Position numbers and translations under genes: made by a program | Notes under the pieces: generated by a model | Databases searched by the model: none | The model's input: the letters and a program-made list of their open reading frames with translations, nothing else | Told to the model about the DNA's origin: nothing | Source: a virus | DNA: 64,000 bases | IMG/VR virus record: IMGVR_UViG_3300045988_174371 | Location: 64,001 to 128,000 of that record | Strand: one strand, 5' to 3' | In this document: positions 1 through 9,492 of the stretch, piece by piece | Layout: each line of letters starts with the position of its first letter | Numbering within the stretch: position 1 is the first letter of the stretch

Positions 1-72
1 TCTCTTGCGCCCGCATTCTTTGGCGTGCTGTGTGATGCCATCACCCACTTCGCCACATGGGGAAAGGAAAAT

Positions 73-120
73 AAAAGCCGCCCCATCTACCGTATTGAAA
101 AGGTAGATGGGGCGGCTTTT
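73..120. terminator. bidirectional hairpin terminator
   Basis: AAAAGCCGCCCCATCTACC / GGTAGATGGGGCGGCTTTT perfect 19-bp inverted repeat with A/T tracts on both sides, just downstream of CDS 156-878. Confidence 0.7.
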
Positions 121-155
121 ACGTATTAGGGGTAGCTCGCCGGGGTTATATTGCG

Positions 156-878
156 CTACCTCTTATAGACGTACTCTAGAAGCCTCAGAATCTCTAGGTA
201 TACCCAAATGATAGACAGCATCAGCCCAAACGCTAGAGTCCAGCCAAAAGCATCTGGCGCGCCAGCGTCCACCGCCTCACCAATTTCAGTGAAGTCCATG
301 AGGAGGCAGTAGACACCCATGCCGACGGCAAGCACTCCAAGAATAGCGCCAAGGGGTAGACCGAAAACGACGGTATCACTAATACTGAAACCAGTAAACG
401 CCTGTATTGCGATAGAAGCAAACAGATAGATGATGTATGCGACCATGCCGATAAGGACGATGCGGGTCAGCTTCGGGTTTGACCTCGCGCCGAACATATA
501 TGCCGCAAAGACTGTCATAAACGCAACAAGCGTGCCTAGTACAGCCGCCAATGCGATACCGGGGTATCGAGTCTGCGCCCACATGGTTACAGCACCAAGA
601 GCAACGCCCTCAATACCGGCATACAGCAGTACAGCCCAAGCAGGAATATTGCCGCCACTCTTGAAAGCAAGCACTAGACCAAGCACGAACGCGATAAGCG
701 CCGCCGGTAAAGCAAGTACAGGCGTGTACCAGCCGACAATACCACCAAGAAGCAAAACAGCAAACGAAAAGCCTGTCTTTGCGACGACACTGCTAGTGGT
801 TAGCGGCTCAGCGTTAGTGCCATTTAAGCCCGGAATGTCTTTCATGCGACCATTCAGATAGGGGTTACGCGCACTCAC
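156..878 (-). CDS. Bax inhibitor-1/YccA-like integral membrane protein
   Basis: 240-aa ORF with GTG start 7 nt after GGGAGGA; about seven hydrophobic helices; C-terminal IWVYLEILRLL resembles the BI-1/YccA family signature. Confidence 0.6.
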   Translation of the reverse strand: MSARNPYLNGRMKDIPGLNGTNAEPLTTSSVVAKTGFSFAVLLLGGIVGWYTPVLALPAALIAFVLGLVLAFKSGGNIPAWAVLLYAGIEGVALGAVTMWAQTRYPGIALAAVLGTLVAFMTVFAAYMFGARSNPKLTRIVLIGMVAYIIYLFASIAIQAFTGFSISDTVVFGLPLGAILGVLAVGMGVYCLLMDFTEIGEAVDAGAPDAFGWTLAFGLMLSIIWVYLEILRLLEYVYKR

Positions 879-1098
879 CTAAAAATCCTCCCTGCTACAA
901 AACATTACCTATAAGTAATAGCAAGAATGCGCATCATGCCCATTGCATCGTCTCTTACATGTGGGGTATGCCAATTCGGTTACGGTCGCCTGTGCCATAT
1001 TGCGCTCTTCAAGCGCCTATTCGTGCGCACATAAACGCCCTTCCACTCTCTAATTGAAAAGACTCAGCCAGAGTGGAAGGAATGTGACGCTTATCCGT

Positions 1099-1680
1099 TT
1101 AGCCTGCTACGTCTCGCAGGTTCACCGCGTTACCATTGTCATTGCTGGTGGCATTGAGCGGCACCTCGAAGATGACCTCACCATTGGCAACCTGCTCCTT
1201 AGTTCCATATGCAAGGGTGTAATCCCTATCTACAGTAACGACTCGCACCTTATCGCGCGGCACAGTCTTGGTGATGATTTCGCCATCAACACCGCGCAGG
1301 GTGTAGGTGACGGTCACGTCGTAGCGGGTACGGGATTCACCGGCGAGGGGGGTGAAATGACCATTGCTCCAATTCATAATGTGCTCATTGTCTCTGGATT
1401 CGTAGGTGTCGCCGGGCTTGATGCGGTAGGGGTGCATGGTTGCGTCGGTGTAGGCGCGGTTGCTCATGGATGCGCTGATGACGACATACTGCTCCATCTT
1501 TGGGGTGGGGCTTACGGTAGGGGTCGGGTTTGCAGTGGGCGTTACGGTTACAGTGACCGGCTGGGTGGGGGTTTCTGCGTTTGTGGGGGTGGTGCGCGAG
1601 GTGGCGCAAGCGGTAAGGGACGCGGCAACCAGCAGTACGGTGGCTACTGCGGTACGGCGCGAGGACTTATCGGTAAACAT
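1099..1680 (-). CDS. secreted lipoprotein, paralog of 29594-30016
   Basis: ATG at 1680 preceded by GAAAGGAA (the longer ORF-track start has no RBS); signal peptide ending in lipobox LTAC; P/T-rich linker; C-terminal domain aligns with 29594-30016 (QY.V.SA.M ... YTLRG.DG). Confidence 0.75.
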   Translation of the reverse strand: MFTDKSSRRTAVATVLLVAASLTACATSRTTPTNAETPTQPVTVTVTPTANPTPTVSPTPKMEQYVVISASMSNRAYTDATMHPYRIKPGDTYESRDNEHIMNWSNGHFTPLAGESRTRYDVTVTYTLRGVDGEIITKTVPRDKVRVVTVDRDYTLAYGTKEQVANGEVIFEVPLNATSNDNGNAVNLRDVAG

Positions 1681-1750
1681 TGATGTGTTCCTTTCAGAGG
1701 GGGTTGTAATACGTGTGGTGATTGTGAGGTTTCGACCTCTCAATAGGTAT

Positions 1751-1780
1751 ATTGTAGCACAGAATAACCCTTCCATGTAA
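1751..1780 (-). promoter_or_regulatory. family promoter (-35 TTACAT, TGc-TACAAT)
   Basis: matches the recurrent promoter family; lies upstream of CDS 1099-1680. Confidence 0.55.
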
Positions 1781-1810
1781 CGCGATAGACGTGTCATGTA
1801 CATGGAAGGG
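1768..1810 (-). terminator. hairpin after CDS 1829-3088
   Basis: CCCTTCCATGTA / TACATGGAAGGG 12-bp inverted repeat immediately downstream of the stop at 1829. Confidence 0.5.
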
Positions 1811-1828
1811 TTACATGTAAGGTGTTTC

Positions 1829-3088
1829 TTAATTTGCGATAGAGTGCTTGCCATTGATGGTAGCCAGCCCGGAAATAACCCGCTGAACCTCCTCCTCGCG
1901 CTCTTTAACCACGCGCTCAGCGTCCAGGACAGCCTTATCTAAGGTGTCCTGTAGGGCATTGTTGCAGTACTGGATACACTCAACACCATTTCGACCATGC
2001 AGAGAGTTGAAGATAACTTCTAGAACCTCGTAGGCGGTGTCGAAGCCGTAAGAGTTAGCACATTCACTAATGGGTTTATGTGCAATTTCATCAATATTGC
2101 GTAGCTCCGCCTCCTGCCATGCCTGCCACTTTGCGTATGCCGCCTCCTGCTCGAAGCTTAGAGCCTCACTAGCGGTATACTTCTCAATGCATTCAGTGTC
2201 TCCTTGAGAGTCGGTGAGCATGAGCATATCCACCTGCCATACCGGGTCGGAACAGCCGGTGCATACGTCACGTTTCCTATAGTAGCTACCCAAGTCGTTG
2301 ATTGCCATGTCGTCTACATGCGCCAAGTGCTCACGGCGTAGCGTGATGGTGCCTGCCGCATTGCCTTCACTGTCGGCTAGGTAGATGGTTGAGCTATTGC
2401 CGACGGTCACCTGTAGCTTCTTAGTGGCATTGCGGGTCTCCACGGTGATAATGGTACCTTCCATGAAGCAGTAGCCGGTTGCCAGTCCATCTGCATTGGT
2501 GAGCATGTGGAACTTGCCGCTAGAGCCGCTATTGATGGCATTGTACTTGGTGTGCATCTTTGAGTCTGCTACAGCAAGTTCTTCCATCTTCTCACGAATG
2601 AGTGTAAGGGTTTCCAGTAGGGATTTCATGCCGTCATGCATATGGTTACGGGTCGCCACCAATACGTTCGCCTGCACGTCAGAAGTGATGGTGTGCGGTT
2701 CACGCTGGGAGCCTGCCATACCCTTAACGCCCTTAAGAAGCTCTCTTGCCTCATTCAGTAGCTTCACATAGCTGTCAGCTTCACTCTTAGCCGTGTCGCC
2801 TGCAAAGGTCTTGACGAGGGCTACCTGCCAGGTATCGACTTCACGCAAGCATGGCGAGGTTACGTAGAAGTTCTTACGGTAATTAGTGATGAGCTTCTGA
2901 ATGGCGTATGCGCCCTGCTGGTCACGGCTAGGGATAAGGGCATATGCTCCATCATTTAGAATTGCCATATCTCCTGCGTGTGAGGTAACGCTGTAGGCGG
3001 CGTACTTGCGCTCCTTATATGCTTCAAGGTGTTGGGTGGTTTGGGTAACAATTACGCTATCGAGAGTGAGCGCCTTAGCGTTTTCCAT
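1829..3088 (-). CDS. hypothetical protein (419 aa)
   Basis: long ORF; ATG preceded by AAAGGAGAA; no recognisable family. Confidence 0.75.
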   Translation of the reverse strand: MENAKALTLDSVIVTQTTQHLEAYKERKYAAYSVTSHAGDMAILNDGAYALIPSRDQQGAYAIQKLITNYRKNFYVTSPCLREVDTWQVALVKTFAGDTAKSEADSYVKLLNEARELLKGVKGMAGSQREPHTITSDVQANVLVATRNHMHDGMKSLLETLTLIREKMEELAVADSKMHTKYNAINSGSSGKFHMLTNADGLATGYCFMEGTIITVETRNATKKLQVTVGNSSTIYLADSEGNAAGTITLRREHLAHVDDMAINDLGSYYRKRDVCTGCSDPVWQVDMLMLTDSQGDTECIEKYTASEALSFEQEAAYAKWQAWQEAELRNIDEIAHKPISECANSYGFDTAYEVLEVIFNSLHGRNGVECIQYCNNALQDTLDKAVLDAERVVKEREEEVQRVISGLATINGKHSIAN

Positions 3089-3177
3089 GAAGGGGGTTCT
3101 CCTTTTTAGTAGTTTGATGGGGGTGAGTGTTGCCCCGGCGAAGGGCTGGTTCCTTGCCGGGGCACAGTGTGTGAGAT

Positions 3178-3597
3178 TTAGCGGGTCTGGATAGTGAATG
3201 AGAACTGGCTGGGAGCGTCGGTGATAGCTACCAGCTTCTTGATGCCCTTGAAGGTGTTCTCGCGCTTGACGCGGAACTCGAACTCCGGCTCCTCGCTAGA
3301 GCACTCCTTATCAAGGAAGATTCCAATGCGAACGTAGGCTCGGGTTCGCTTAACCTCCTTTGCGAACAGGTTCAGGTCGTCAAGGTTGTGTGCCTTCCTG
3401 AGGTATTCAAGGCTTTCACGCCACACGTAGCCCTTGTCGATAAAACGCTTCCCGGATTCCCTTTCTGCATTGTAGTGCTCGTAGTTGAAGTGTCCGAACT
3501 GTCCACGAAGGGTAACATCCTTCGCCTCGATAGTCTTCTTATTCTTGCCAATGCATACGTCTGCCTGCCAGTCGGTAGTGATGATGTGGATAGCCAT
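3178..3597 (-). CDS. hypothetical protein (139 aa)
   Basis: internal ATG at 3597 preceded by the conserved leader CTACCGAAAGG; family promoter upstream. Confidence 0.75.
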   Translation of the reverse strand: MAIHIITTDWQADVCIGKNKKTIEAKDVTLRGQFGHFNYEHYNAERESGKRFIDKGYVWRESLEYLRKAHNLDDLNLFAKEVKRTRAYVRIGIFLDKECSSEEPEFEFRVKRENTFKGIKKLVAITDAPSQFSFTIQTR

Positions 3598-3662
3598 GAT
3601 AGGGGAACCTTTCGGTAGGAATTGATTGCTGGAAGATTTCTTTACTCTTCCTTTCTGTAAAT

Positions 3663-3692
3663 AGTGTATCACATATTTTAGAAACTATGCAA
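3663..3692 (-). promoter_or_regulatory. family promoter (-35 TTGCAT, TGa-TACACT)
   Basis: consensus match with 18-nt spacer; upstream of CDS 3178-3597. Confidence 0.6.
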
Positions 3693-3868
3693 GCCGTCTA
3701 TTGATGGGGTTGCTGTCAGGTTTAGCGCTTCACCTCAATGTTGCACTCGTCACATTTGTGTCATGTTGGCAAGCTGGAGGACGTGTCGCCGTCACCTTAG
3801 ATGCTATCCTGATAGGTAGTTATTTTAAGGGTGAGGTTTCGCCCACTCCTCAAGAAAGGCTTTGCACC

Positions 3869-4807
3869 ATGTTCCACTACCTATCACTGCCCGCGTGGGT
3901 ACTGGCAACGCTCTACATCATTATCGTGCTCATTGTGTTGTTTATAGGAGTTGCTACCTTAACGTCCTACTTAATGTTGCGACGGCAAAGGCGGAACTCT
4001 GCTGAGATAATCCCTGGCGGCGGCGAAATACAGGCGGCAGGCTGGCGAAAAGCGGTTGCTAGAGTTACTGACATTGAGGCGGTGGAGGGAGCTGGCATTG
4101 TGGCGCTTCTTACAGTCACCCTTCTTGGTATCGTTACTTGCTCACTACTGCTAATGTCGCCAATACTCATTATGGTTCCTTTGGTTGGCATACTGATGTT
4201 TCTGCCCTTGAAAAGCAAAGAGGGTGGATTGTCAGCTTCCGAAAAGTTTGGTTACTTGTCGATTGTTGCGTTGCTTCTATCTATCGCTGTTCCTGCTGGT
4301 GTAGATGCGTACTTCGTTTACAATTCTCATTCATCTGTGACGTACTATCAGGACGCTTCTGGCGGATACCATGAGTCAGCTCAGCGCAACATTCTTGCCG
4401 GGCGGGTTGTTGAGTCTCGCAAGGCGGACGGTCTGGTTGAGTACCAGTGGGGCGAGATAAGCGCGAGGGACGGCAATGTTATATTGCCGAATACTGGCAA
4501 CAGTAAAGATTCCCAGAAGCGCGTTGAGATTGTAGAAGACCTAGCGCCCGGTGAAGCGCCGTATGTTGTTCGCAGAATCGACGTTGCAAAGCCTGTGGGG
4601 GTGCCTGAAAGCTTGCGGCTTTGCCTTGCTGGTCAGGATGATGTGAAGTCGTCGCCCTGCGCCCCTCATCACGAGAGAGTGGACAAGAGAAACGTCAGTG
4701 TTATTAGCAGTATCCATATTCCTGCTGGTGAGCGAGATAAGTATGTTACCTCATCCTTGGCGGACAGTTCAGTAGCTGGTAAGGAGGAGAACTCTAATGA
4801 TTCCTAA
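3869..4807 (+). CDS. membrane protein, paralog family A (multi-TM N-terminus + conserved C-terminal domain)
   Basis: ATG at 3869 follows AAGAAAGG; TM helices; C-terminal motifs DLAPGEAPYVV and IHIPAGERDKYV shared with 6 other ORFs. Confidence 0.75.
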   Translation: MFHYLSLPAWVLATLYIIIVLIVLFIGVATLTSYLMLRRQRRNSAEIIPGGGEIQAAGWRKAVARVTDIEAVEGAGIVALLTVTLLGIVTCSLLLMSPILIMVPLVGILMFLPLKSKEGGLSASEKFGYLSIVALLLSIAVPAGVDAYFVYNSHSSVTYYQDASGGYHESAQRNILAGRVVESRKADGLVEYQWGEISARDGNVILPNTGNSKDSQKRVEIVEDLAPGEAPYVVRRIDVAKPVGVPESLRLCLAGQDDVKSSPCAPHHERVDKRNVSVISSIHIPAGERDKYVTSSLADSSVAGKEENSNDS

Positions 4808-5714
4808 TTTCGATGCTCTATGGCCCGTTGTTCTGCATCTTGCGGGACTGGCAGTGTACGTTGTTGTTGCTACAGTTCTTTATTTCCGTGTTAGGCGGAT
4901 TGATGATGCTGTGGTGGCGCGCGGTAAAGCTGAAAACATTGAGTACACATTCTGGATTTATGGTCTAGGTGGAGGCTTCCTGTCGCTTGTGGTTTCCAGT
5001 ATCTTGACACAGAGCTTAGTCCTGCCTGTAGTTGCTTTTGTGGCTGGCTTTATTGCACTGGCTGTTACGTGTGCGTATGCCTGTACACAGCCAACAATGA
5101 GCAACGGTTATTCACTTCAGGGGCTTGCCTTGCTTCGCACGTGGGTTGTTTTCACGCTTGTTTACGGGACGCTGTTCGCTGGGGTGCTGAGTATGATTGC
5201 TCCGGCTCTTCCTAAGACTTTCTTCTATAGCGCGGATGGCACTAAGACTGTCACCTTTTATCGTGGCGACGGGTTCACCCCGGTAGAGCGTGAGGTGCGC
5301 AATGAGCTGGTTGGCGTTGTTTCGGTACATACTTCGGGTAGGGACGTGACGGCAGGCGACCCTGTGTATGAGTGGGTTGAGCGAACTGATGGCGGCGAGT
5401 TGCGCCCTATCTACAAGAAGTCTAGCGGCGACCTCGGCGCATATGTCCTTATGATAAGCACTTTAAATGAAACGCCTGCCGACACGTGGGTTAGTAACGT
5501 TGAGGTAGTCAGCGACTTGAAACCTGGCGAAGCTCCGTATGCAGTCCATCAGATTACTTACAAGGTACCCAACTCATATGACGGGAAGAGCCCTCTGTGC
5601 ACTAGGTATCATTCTGCCAGGAGTAAGTGCTCAGTCAATGTTGATAGCATTAAAACGAAGGCTACTATCCACATTCCAGAGGGTTCTTACGACCAGTATG
5701 TGAAGGTTTTCTAG
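4797..5714 (+). CDS. membrane protein, paralog family A
   Basis: AAGGAGGAG RBS; overlaps the previous stop by 11 nt; motifs DLKPGEAPYAV and IHIPEGSYDQYV. Confidence 0.8.
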   Translation: MIPNFDALWPVVLHLAGLAVYVVVATVLYFRVRRIDDAVVARGKAENIEYTFWIYGLGGGFLSLVVSSILTQSLVLPVVAFVAGFIALAVTCAYACTQPTMSNGYSLQGLALLRTWVVFTLVYGTLFAGVLSMIAPALPKTFFYSADGTKTVTFYRGDGFTPVEREVRNELVGVVSVHTSGRDVTAGDPVYEWVERTDGGELRPIYKKSSGDLGAYVLMISTLNETPADTWVSNVEVVSDLKPGEAPYAVHQITYKVPNSYDGKSPLCTRYHSARSKCSVNVDSIKTKATIHIPEGSYDQYVKVF

Positions 5715-5726
5715 GAGGTAAGTAGA

Positions 5727-6791
5727 GTGGTTCTGTTGATGAGTGTTGCTGATGGCGTGTACATGTACCCGCTTATCGGGTTCTTGGGGTTGAGTGCTGT
5801 CGCGTTTGTTGCGTCACTGTTTTCTTGGTGGCGTTATCGTGGAGCGGCTGAGCAGGTGAGTTCCGCTATTAACCGCGTGCAGGCGGCTAGGGAGGATGCT
5901 GAGCGGCTACTAGAAAAGCGCGAACAGGAGCTTCTTGACGAGTATAGCCTCAAGCGCAAAGGCTGGGCAGATAGGGGTGATGCTTACTTTGATGAGATTG
6001 AGCGGATGTGGGCTGATTATCGCAAGAACCCGGCAAAGTATGCAGGCGACAGGCTATCTGGTGAGGAGTCTGGTAACCGCAGTAAGCTTGAGTTCATCTA
6101 CAATTCCTACATGGGCGTTGGGTTGCTACTGGCGGTGCTACTACTACTGACTTTCACCGTTGTAGGATTATGGGGTATGGCGATTCTTGCCGGGGTTCTA
6201 TTCTTCCTATCGGCAGGTTGGGCTGTCCTTGATGACTCTGAGCTGAGGGGGACGAAGCTTTGGGCTATCCCCGCTAGTATTGCCGCAAGCGCGCTTGTGG
6301 CGCTATTGCTAATCCCTGTTTCTGGGATGGCGACGAATAGCAACCCGCCGCCGGGATGGATTGCACACACTCATGAGGTTACGCTTGCTCAGCAGGCGGA
6401 CGGCACATATGGTGTAGGTGAGCCTGCTAGGATGCGTCTAGACGGTACGGTAACTAAGAGTAAAGAGCCTGATGCTGACTACTCCTGGGTTGAGCTGGAC
6501 TCACGTAATGTGAAGCGGTCTTACGACTCGTACTATTACAGGGGTGTTGAGAAGCAGGTTCGTGTTATGGATGACCTTGCGGCAGGCGAAGCTCCATATG
6601 TCGTGCATCACCATGTGTTCAATGTGCTGGATGGGTATGCTGATGGTGAGGTCTGTGCCGCCAGGTTTAGTGCTTCACCTGCCCTAACTACCTCATGCTC
6701 TGACCGTAATGCGTGGAGTAAGCGTGATGATGCTGTTATTCATATCCCTAGGGGTGAGTATGAGCGCTGGGTAGTCGCTAAGCAGAAATGA
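5727..6791 (+). CDS. membrane protein, paralog family A (with extra N-terminal coiled-coil segment)
   Basis: GTG start after AGGAGG; motifs DLAAGEAPYVV and IHIPRGEYERWV. Confidence 0.8.
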   Translation: MVLLMSVADGVYMYPLIGFLGLSAVAFVASLFSWWRYRGAAEQVSSAINRVQAAREDAERLLEKREQELLDEYSLKRKGWADRGDAYFDEIERMWADYRKNPAKYAGDRLSGEESGNRSKLEFIYNSYMGVGLLLAVLLLLTFTVVGLWGMAILAGVLFFLSAGWAVLDDSELRGTKLWAIPASIAASALVALLLIPVSGMATNSNPPPGWIAHTHEVTLAQQADGTYGVGEPARMRLDGTVTKSKEPDADYSWVELDSRNVKRSYDSYYYRGVEKQVRVMDDLAAGEAPYVVHHHVFNVLDGYADGEVCAARFSASPALTTSCSDRNAWSKRDDAVIHIPRGEYERWVVAKQK

Positions 6792-6851
6792 TAGGCGGTT
6801 CCCCATTAGCTGTACTCACTGTTCTTGTGGGGCATTTTGATGGGGCATAAA

Positions 6852-6899
6852 GGATAAGCGGCGGAACTTCATGTTTTCTTGAAGTTCCGCCGCTTATCC
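6852..6899. terminator. bidirectional hairpin terminator between convergent genes
   Basis: GGATAAGCGGCGGAACTTCA / TGAAGTTCCGCCGCTTATCC perfect 20-bp inverted repeat. Confidence 0.75.
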
Positions 6900-6941
6900 T
6901 TAGCATTATGAGGGAATGACCTTCTAGCGTTCCGTCGTTGC

Positions 6942-8354
6942 TCAGTCGGTGAAGGCGGCGCTACCAGCTTCCCAAATGTCGTTAGGTGCCCATTCCTGAA
7001 TGCCCTTTCGGGTCTTCTGGTAGCCCTTCCACAGGGAGCGCCAGGCAGGGAGCCCAGTATTGGCAATCAGGGTGTCTTTGTGTTCCTCAAGTGCCTGTTG
7101 CACGTCTTCATACAGCTCGGGTGTTGCGTTGCTTTGCGTCTGGAGAGCACGCAAATACTTTACAAGTTCAGGGATGTACGGAGCGCCCGTCCGAAGGCGT
7201 CGCTGGACAGTATCGCTAGGAGTTTCCCTAAGCTCGTCCATAACGCTTTCGAAACGGCGTTTCGCCTCAATGTATTGTTGCGCCTCTTCGGAGGTGCTAC
7301 CAGGCATTGAGGCAACAGGGTCAAGGGTCGCGTAGTCAAGCCCTTCATAGGTGATGTTGCCGTGACCGTCAGGGGTAATGCAGAGAGTTGCCGTGTCGCC
7401 GTCAGGGAAAGTGATGACGGCTTCCTGCTTGTCAGCATCAACAGCTGTAAGATGTGCCAGGAGGAAGCTTACCGGCTGGGTGGGGTACATGCCTTCACTG
7501 ATGGGCTTGTATGCGTTGAATCGGGTGAGGATGTGGTCACCTTCGTGGAGAGTGCCGCCGCCGGGGATTGCTAGCCCTCCACTGCGTCCGCTAGGTGCCA
7601 CAGGTGCCTGCTGGAACTTCTCCCATTCGTTGCGTGCGTCAAGATACTGCTTGTACTTGTTGTAGGAGCGGCGAAGCTCTGCGAGCGCCGCTTCATACTC
7701 TTCCTTGATTCGTCCAGTGGTTCTCTTAGTTGCGGTACGCATCTTACGGATGGTGTCCGTGTAGTCGAGAAAGAGGCTGAACGCGGTACCTTCGAAGGCG
7801 TAGCCGTCGTTGATGCCGTCTACTACGGCGGGGAGCTTATGGTTGGCTTCCTGGACTAGGCTCTCCTGTGCTTCCCATGCGAGGATTACCTCGTTGATGA
7901 GGGCTTTCTCTTCTTGGGGGATATGGTAGATGTGGCTACAGTCTGCGCTGTAGCGGTGGACGAGGATGTCTTCATCGTACTCATCTCCTTCTTCTAGGAA
8001 GGATAGCTTGTAGATTGGTTCACCAGCGGAGTAGGTCACATTATGGTAGAACTTGCCGGTGTACTGCTTGCCGGTGGGATGCAGGGCTACGGTGATGTAG
8101 CCCTCTGCGTCGATGGAGATGACTTTGAGGATGCTGTCGGCATTGACGAGAACGGGTCGATGCTTAGCGCTTTCCCATGCTTTCCCGTTAAGGTCGATGT
8201 AGCGGGTGGGGTCGAATAGGTTTGCGGTGACGAGAATATCGCCAGCGGAGACGTTGAGTTCGTTGAGTGTCTTTACGATTCCGCTCGTTGTGTTCCTCCA
8301 CTTACCTGTGCGGTAGCGGTGGGGGTAGACGCGGTTAATCTTCGTGCTGGTCAT
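6942..8354 (-). CDS. hypothetical protein (470 aa), member of the GD-motif modular family
   Basis: long ORF; contains NVSAGDILV module and a later DGDTATLCITPDGHG beta-like module similar to other large ORFs here. Confidence 0.75.
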   Translation of the reverse strand: MTSTKINRVYPHRYRTGKWRNTTSGIVKTLNELNVSAGDILVTANLFDPTRYIDLNGKAWESAKHRPVLVNADSILKVISIDAEGYITVALHPTGKQYTGKFYHNVTYSAGEPIYKLSFLEEGDEYDEDILVHRYSADCSHIYHIPQEEKALINEVILAWEAQESLVQEANHKLPAVVDGINDGYAFEGTAFSLFLDYTDTIRKMRTATKRTTGRIKEEYEAALAELRRSYNKYKQYLDARNEWEKFQQAPVAPSGRSGGLAIPGGGTLHEGDHILTRFNAYKPISEGMYPTQPVSFLLAHLTAVDADKQEAVITFPDGDTATLCITPDGHGNITYEGLDYATLDPVASMPGSTSEEAQQYIEAKRRFESVMDELRETPSDTVQRRLRTGAPYIPELVKYLRALQTQSNATPELYEDVQQALEEHKDTLIANTGLPAWRSLWKGYQKTRKGIQEWAPNDIWEAGSAAFTD

Positions 8355-8405
8355 GGGTTACTCTTTTTCTTTACGCACTTAGCGTCTTACAGGTCTGCTT
8401 GCCGC

Positions 8406-9416
8406 TCATTGCTGGGCGTGCTTGTTGATGAATTGTTGAGTGAGGCGAATTACTGCCTCTAGTCGGTAAAGGGTGAGGTCTGTGTCGTGAATTACTGCCC
8501 CTATGTGGTGGGCGAGGGCTTCACGAATCTTGTAGGGTGTGTATCCGTGCCCTGTGGTGATGCAGGTGAGAGCTTTGTGGCTGTAGGCGGTCGGGGTTCT
8601 ACCTTCAAAGGTTGCCCTGTATAGTTTGGCTACTTTGATGCGGTATTGCTCTTGTGCCTTCATGCCGTCAATGTATGCTTGAACCTGCTTGAATGAGATG
8701 ATGGGGACTGGGACTATCGCGTCGATAGGGTATTGCGCGTCACCTGTCACGACTGCGTTTCGGTAGGGGGTTTTCAGGTGTCCTTCCCTGCCGTCACTGA
8801 GTTTGATGCTGACATGCTCAGCTGTGATGTTGGTGACTTGGAAGTATGCGGTTGCGCGGTTGTAGCGGTAGGTGGCGTAGAACTTTCCCCGCTCCACCTC
8901 ACGTGCGTAGTTCTTCTTAACACCTGGGATGATGAGGTTTGAGTATCTGCCGGTTGGCTCCTTGAGGGTTGCAAGCGCGGCGATATACTGCTCTACCTTA
9001 TTGTTGAGCCACTTGGAGCCTTCTAAGAGCTCCCCCTCAATGGCTTCAAGGTGGCTCAACAGGTTTGTTGCTGACTGCTTATCGTTCAGGGTTACTTTTG
9101 AGATGGCGCACAATGCTTCATAAAGGCGCGGGGTGATACCTGCTAGGTCTGCTCCTCTGATGTGTTGTAGGTGCTTGTTTATGGCGCGTGCTTGATGCTC
9201 CTGCCGGTGGTATGCGTCGAGGGTTTGCTTGCTGGGGTTTGGGATGATAGCGGCGCGGGACTCTTGCAGGTTGATTTCCATGACCTTTAGGATTCCTCCT
9301 CGGTTACGGTAGGTGACATGCACGCTGTCGCTGTTCACTGGGGATGGGGTGACTTTTTCGGCTACTATCGCCTCATCTTCAAGGATAATGAGGTTGCCGG
9401 GTGTGAGCGTCTGCAT
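8406..9416 (-). CDS. hypothetical protein (336 aa), GD-motif modular family
   Basis: ATG at 9416 after GAAAGGAAAA; N-terminus MQTLTPGNLIIL; internal module YFQVTNITAEHVSIKLSDGREGHLKTPY matches modules in 22359-23531, 34036-35211 and 31960-33021. Confidence 0.7.
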   Translation of the reverse strand: MQTLTPGNLIILEDEAIVAEKVTPSPVNSDSVHVTYRNRGGILKVMEINLQESRAAIIPNPSKQTLDAYHRQEHQARAINKHLQHIRGADLAGITPRLYEALCAISKVTLNDKQSATNLLSHLEAIEGELLEGSKWLNNKVEQYIAALATLKEPTGRYSNLIIPGVKKNYAREVERGKFYATYRYNRATAYFQVTNITAEHVSIKLSDGREGHLKTPYRNAVVTGDAQYPIDAIVPVPIISFKQVQAYIDGMKAQEQYRIKVAKLYRATFEGRTPTAYSHKALTCITTGHGYTPYKIREALAHHIGAVIHDTDLTLYRLEAVIRLTQQFINKHAQQ

Positions 9417-9492
9417 TGCGTTTTCCTTTCGGGTTAGGGATATGCCCCCCCTGTCACGGTTGGCAACTAGGGGGTATTCGGCTTTATCTCCT

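Noticed and set aside
1054-1683. 209-aa plus-strand ORF, and the long 251-aa version of the minus ORF
   Set aside because: The plus ORF is a Gly-rich antisense shadow of the lipoprotein gene. The extended minus-strand N-terminus runs through the promoter and terminator and lacks an RBS. The ATG at 1680 with GAAAGGAA gives a canonical lipoprotein signal peptide.
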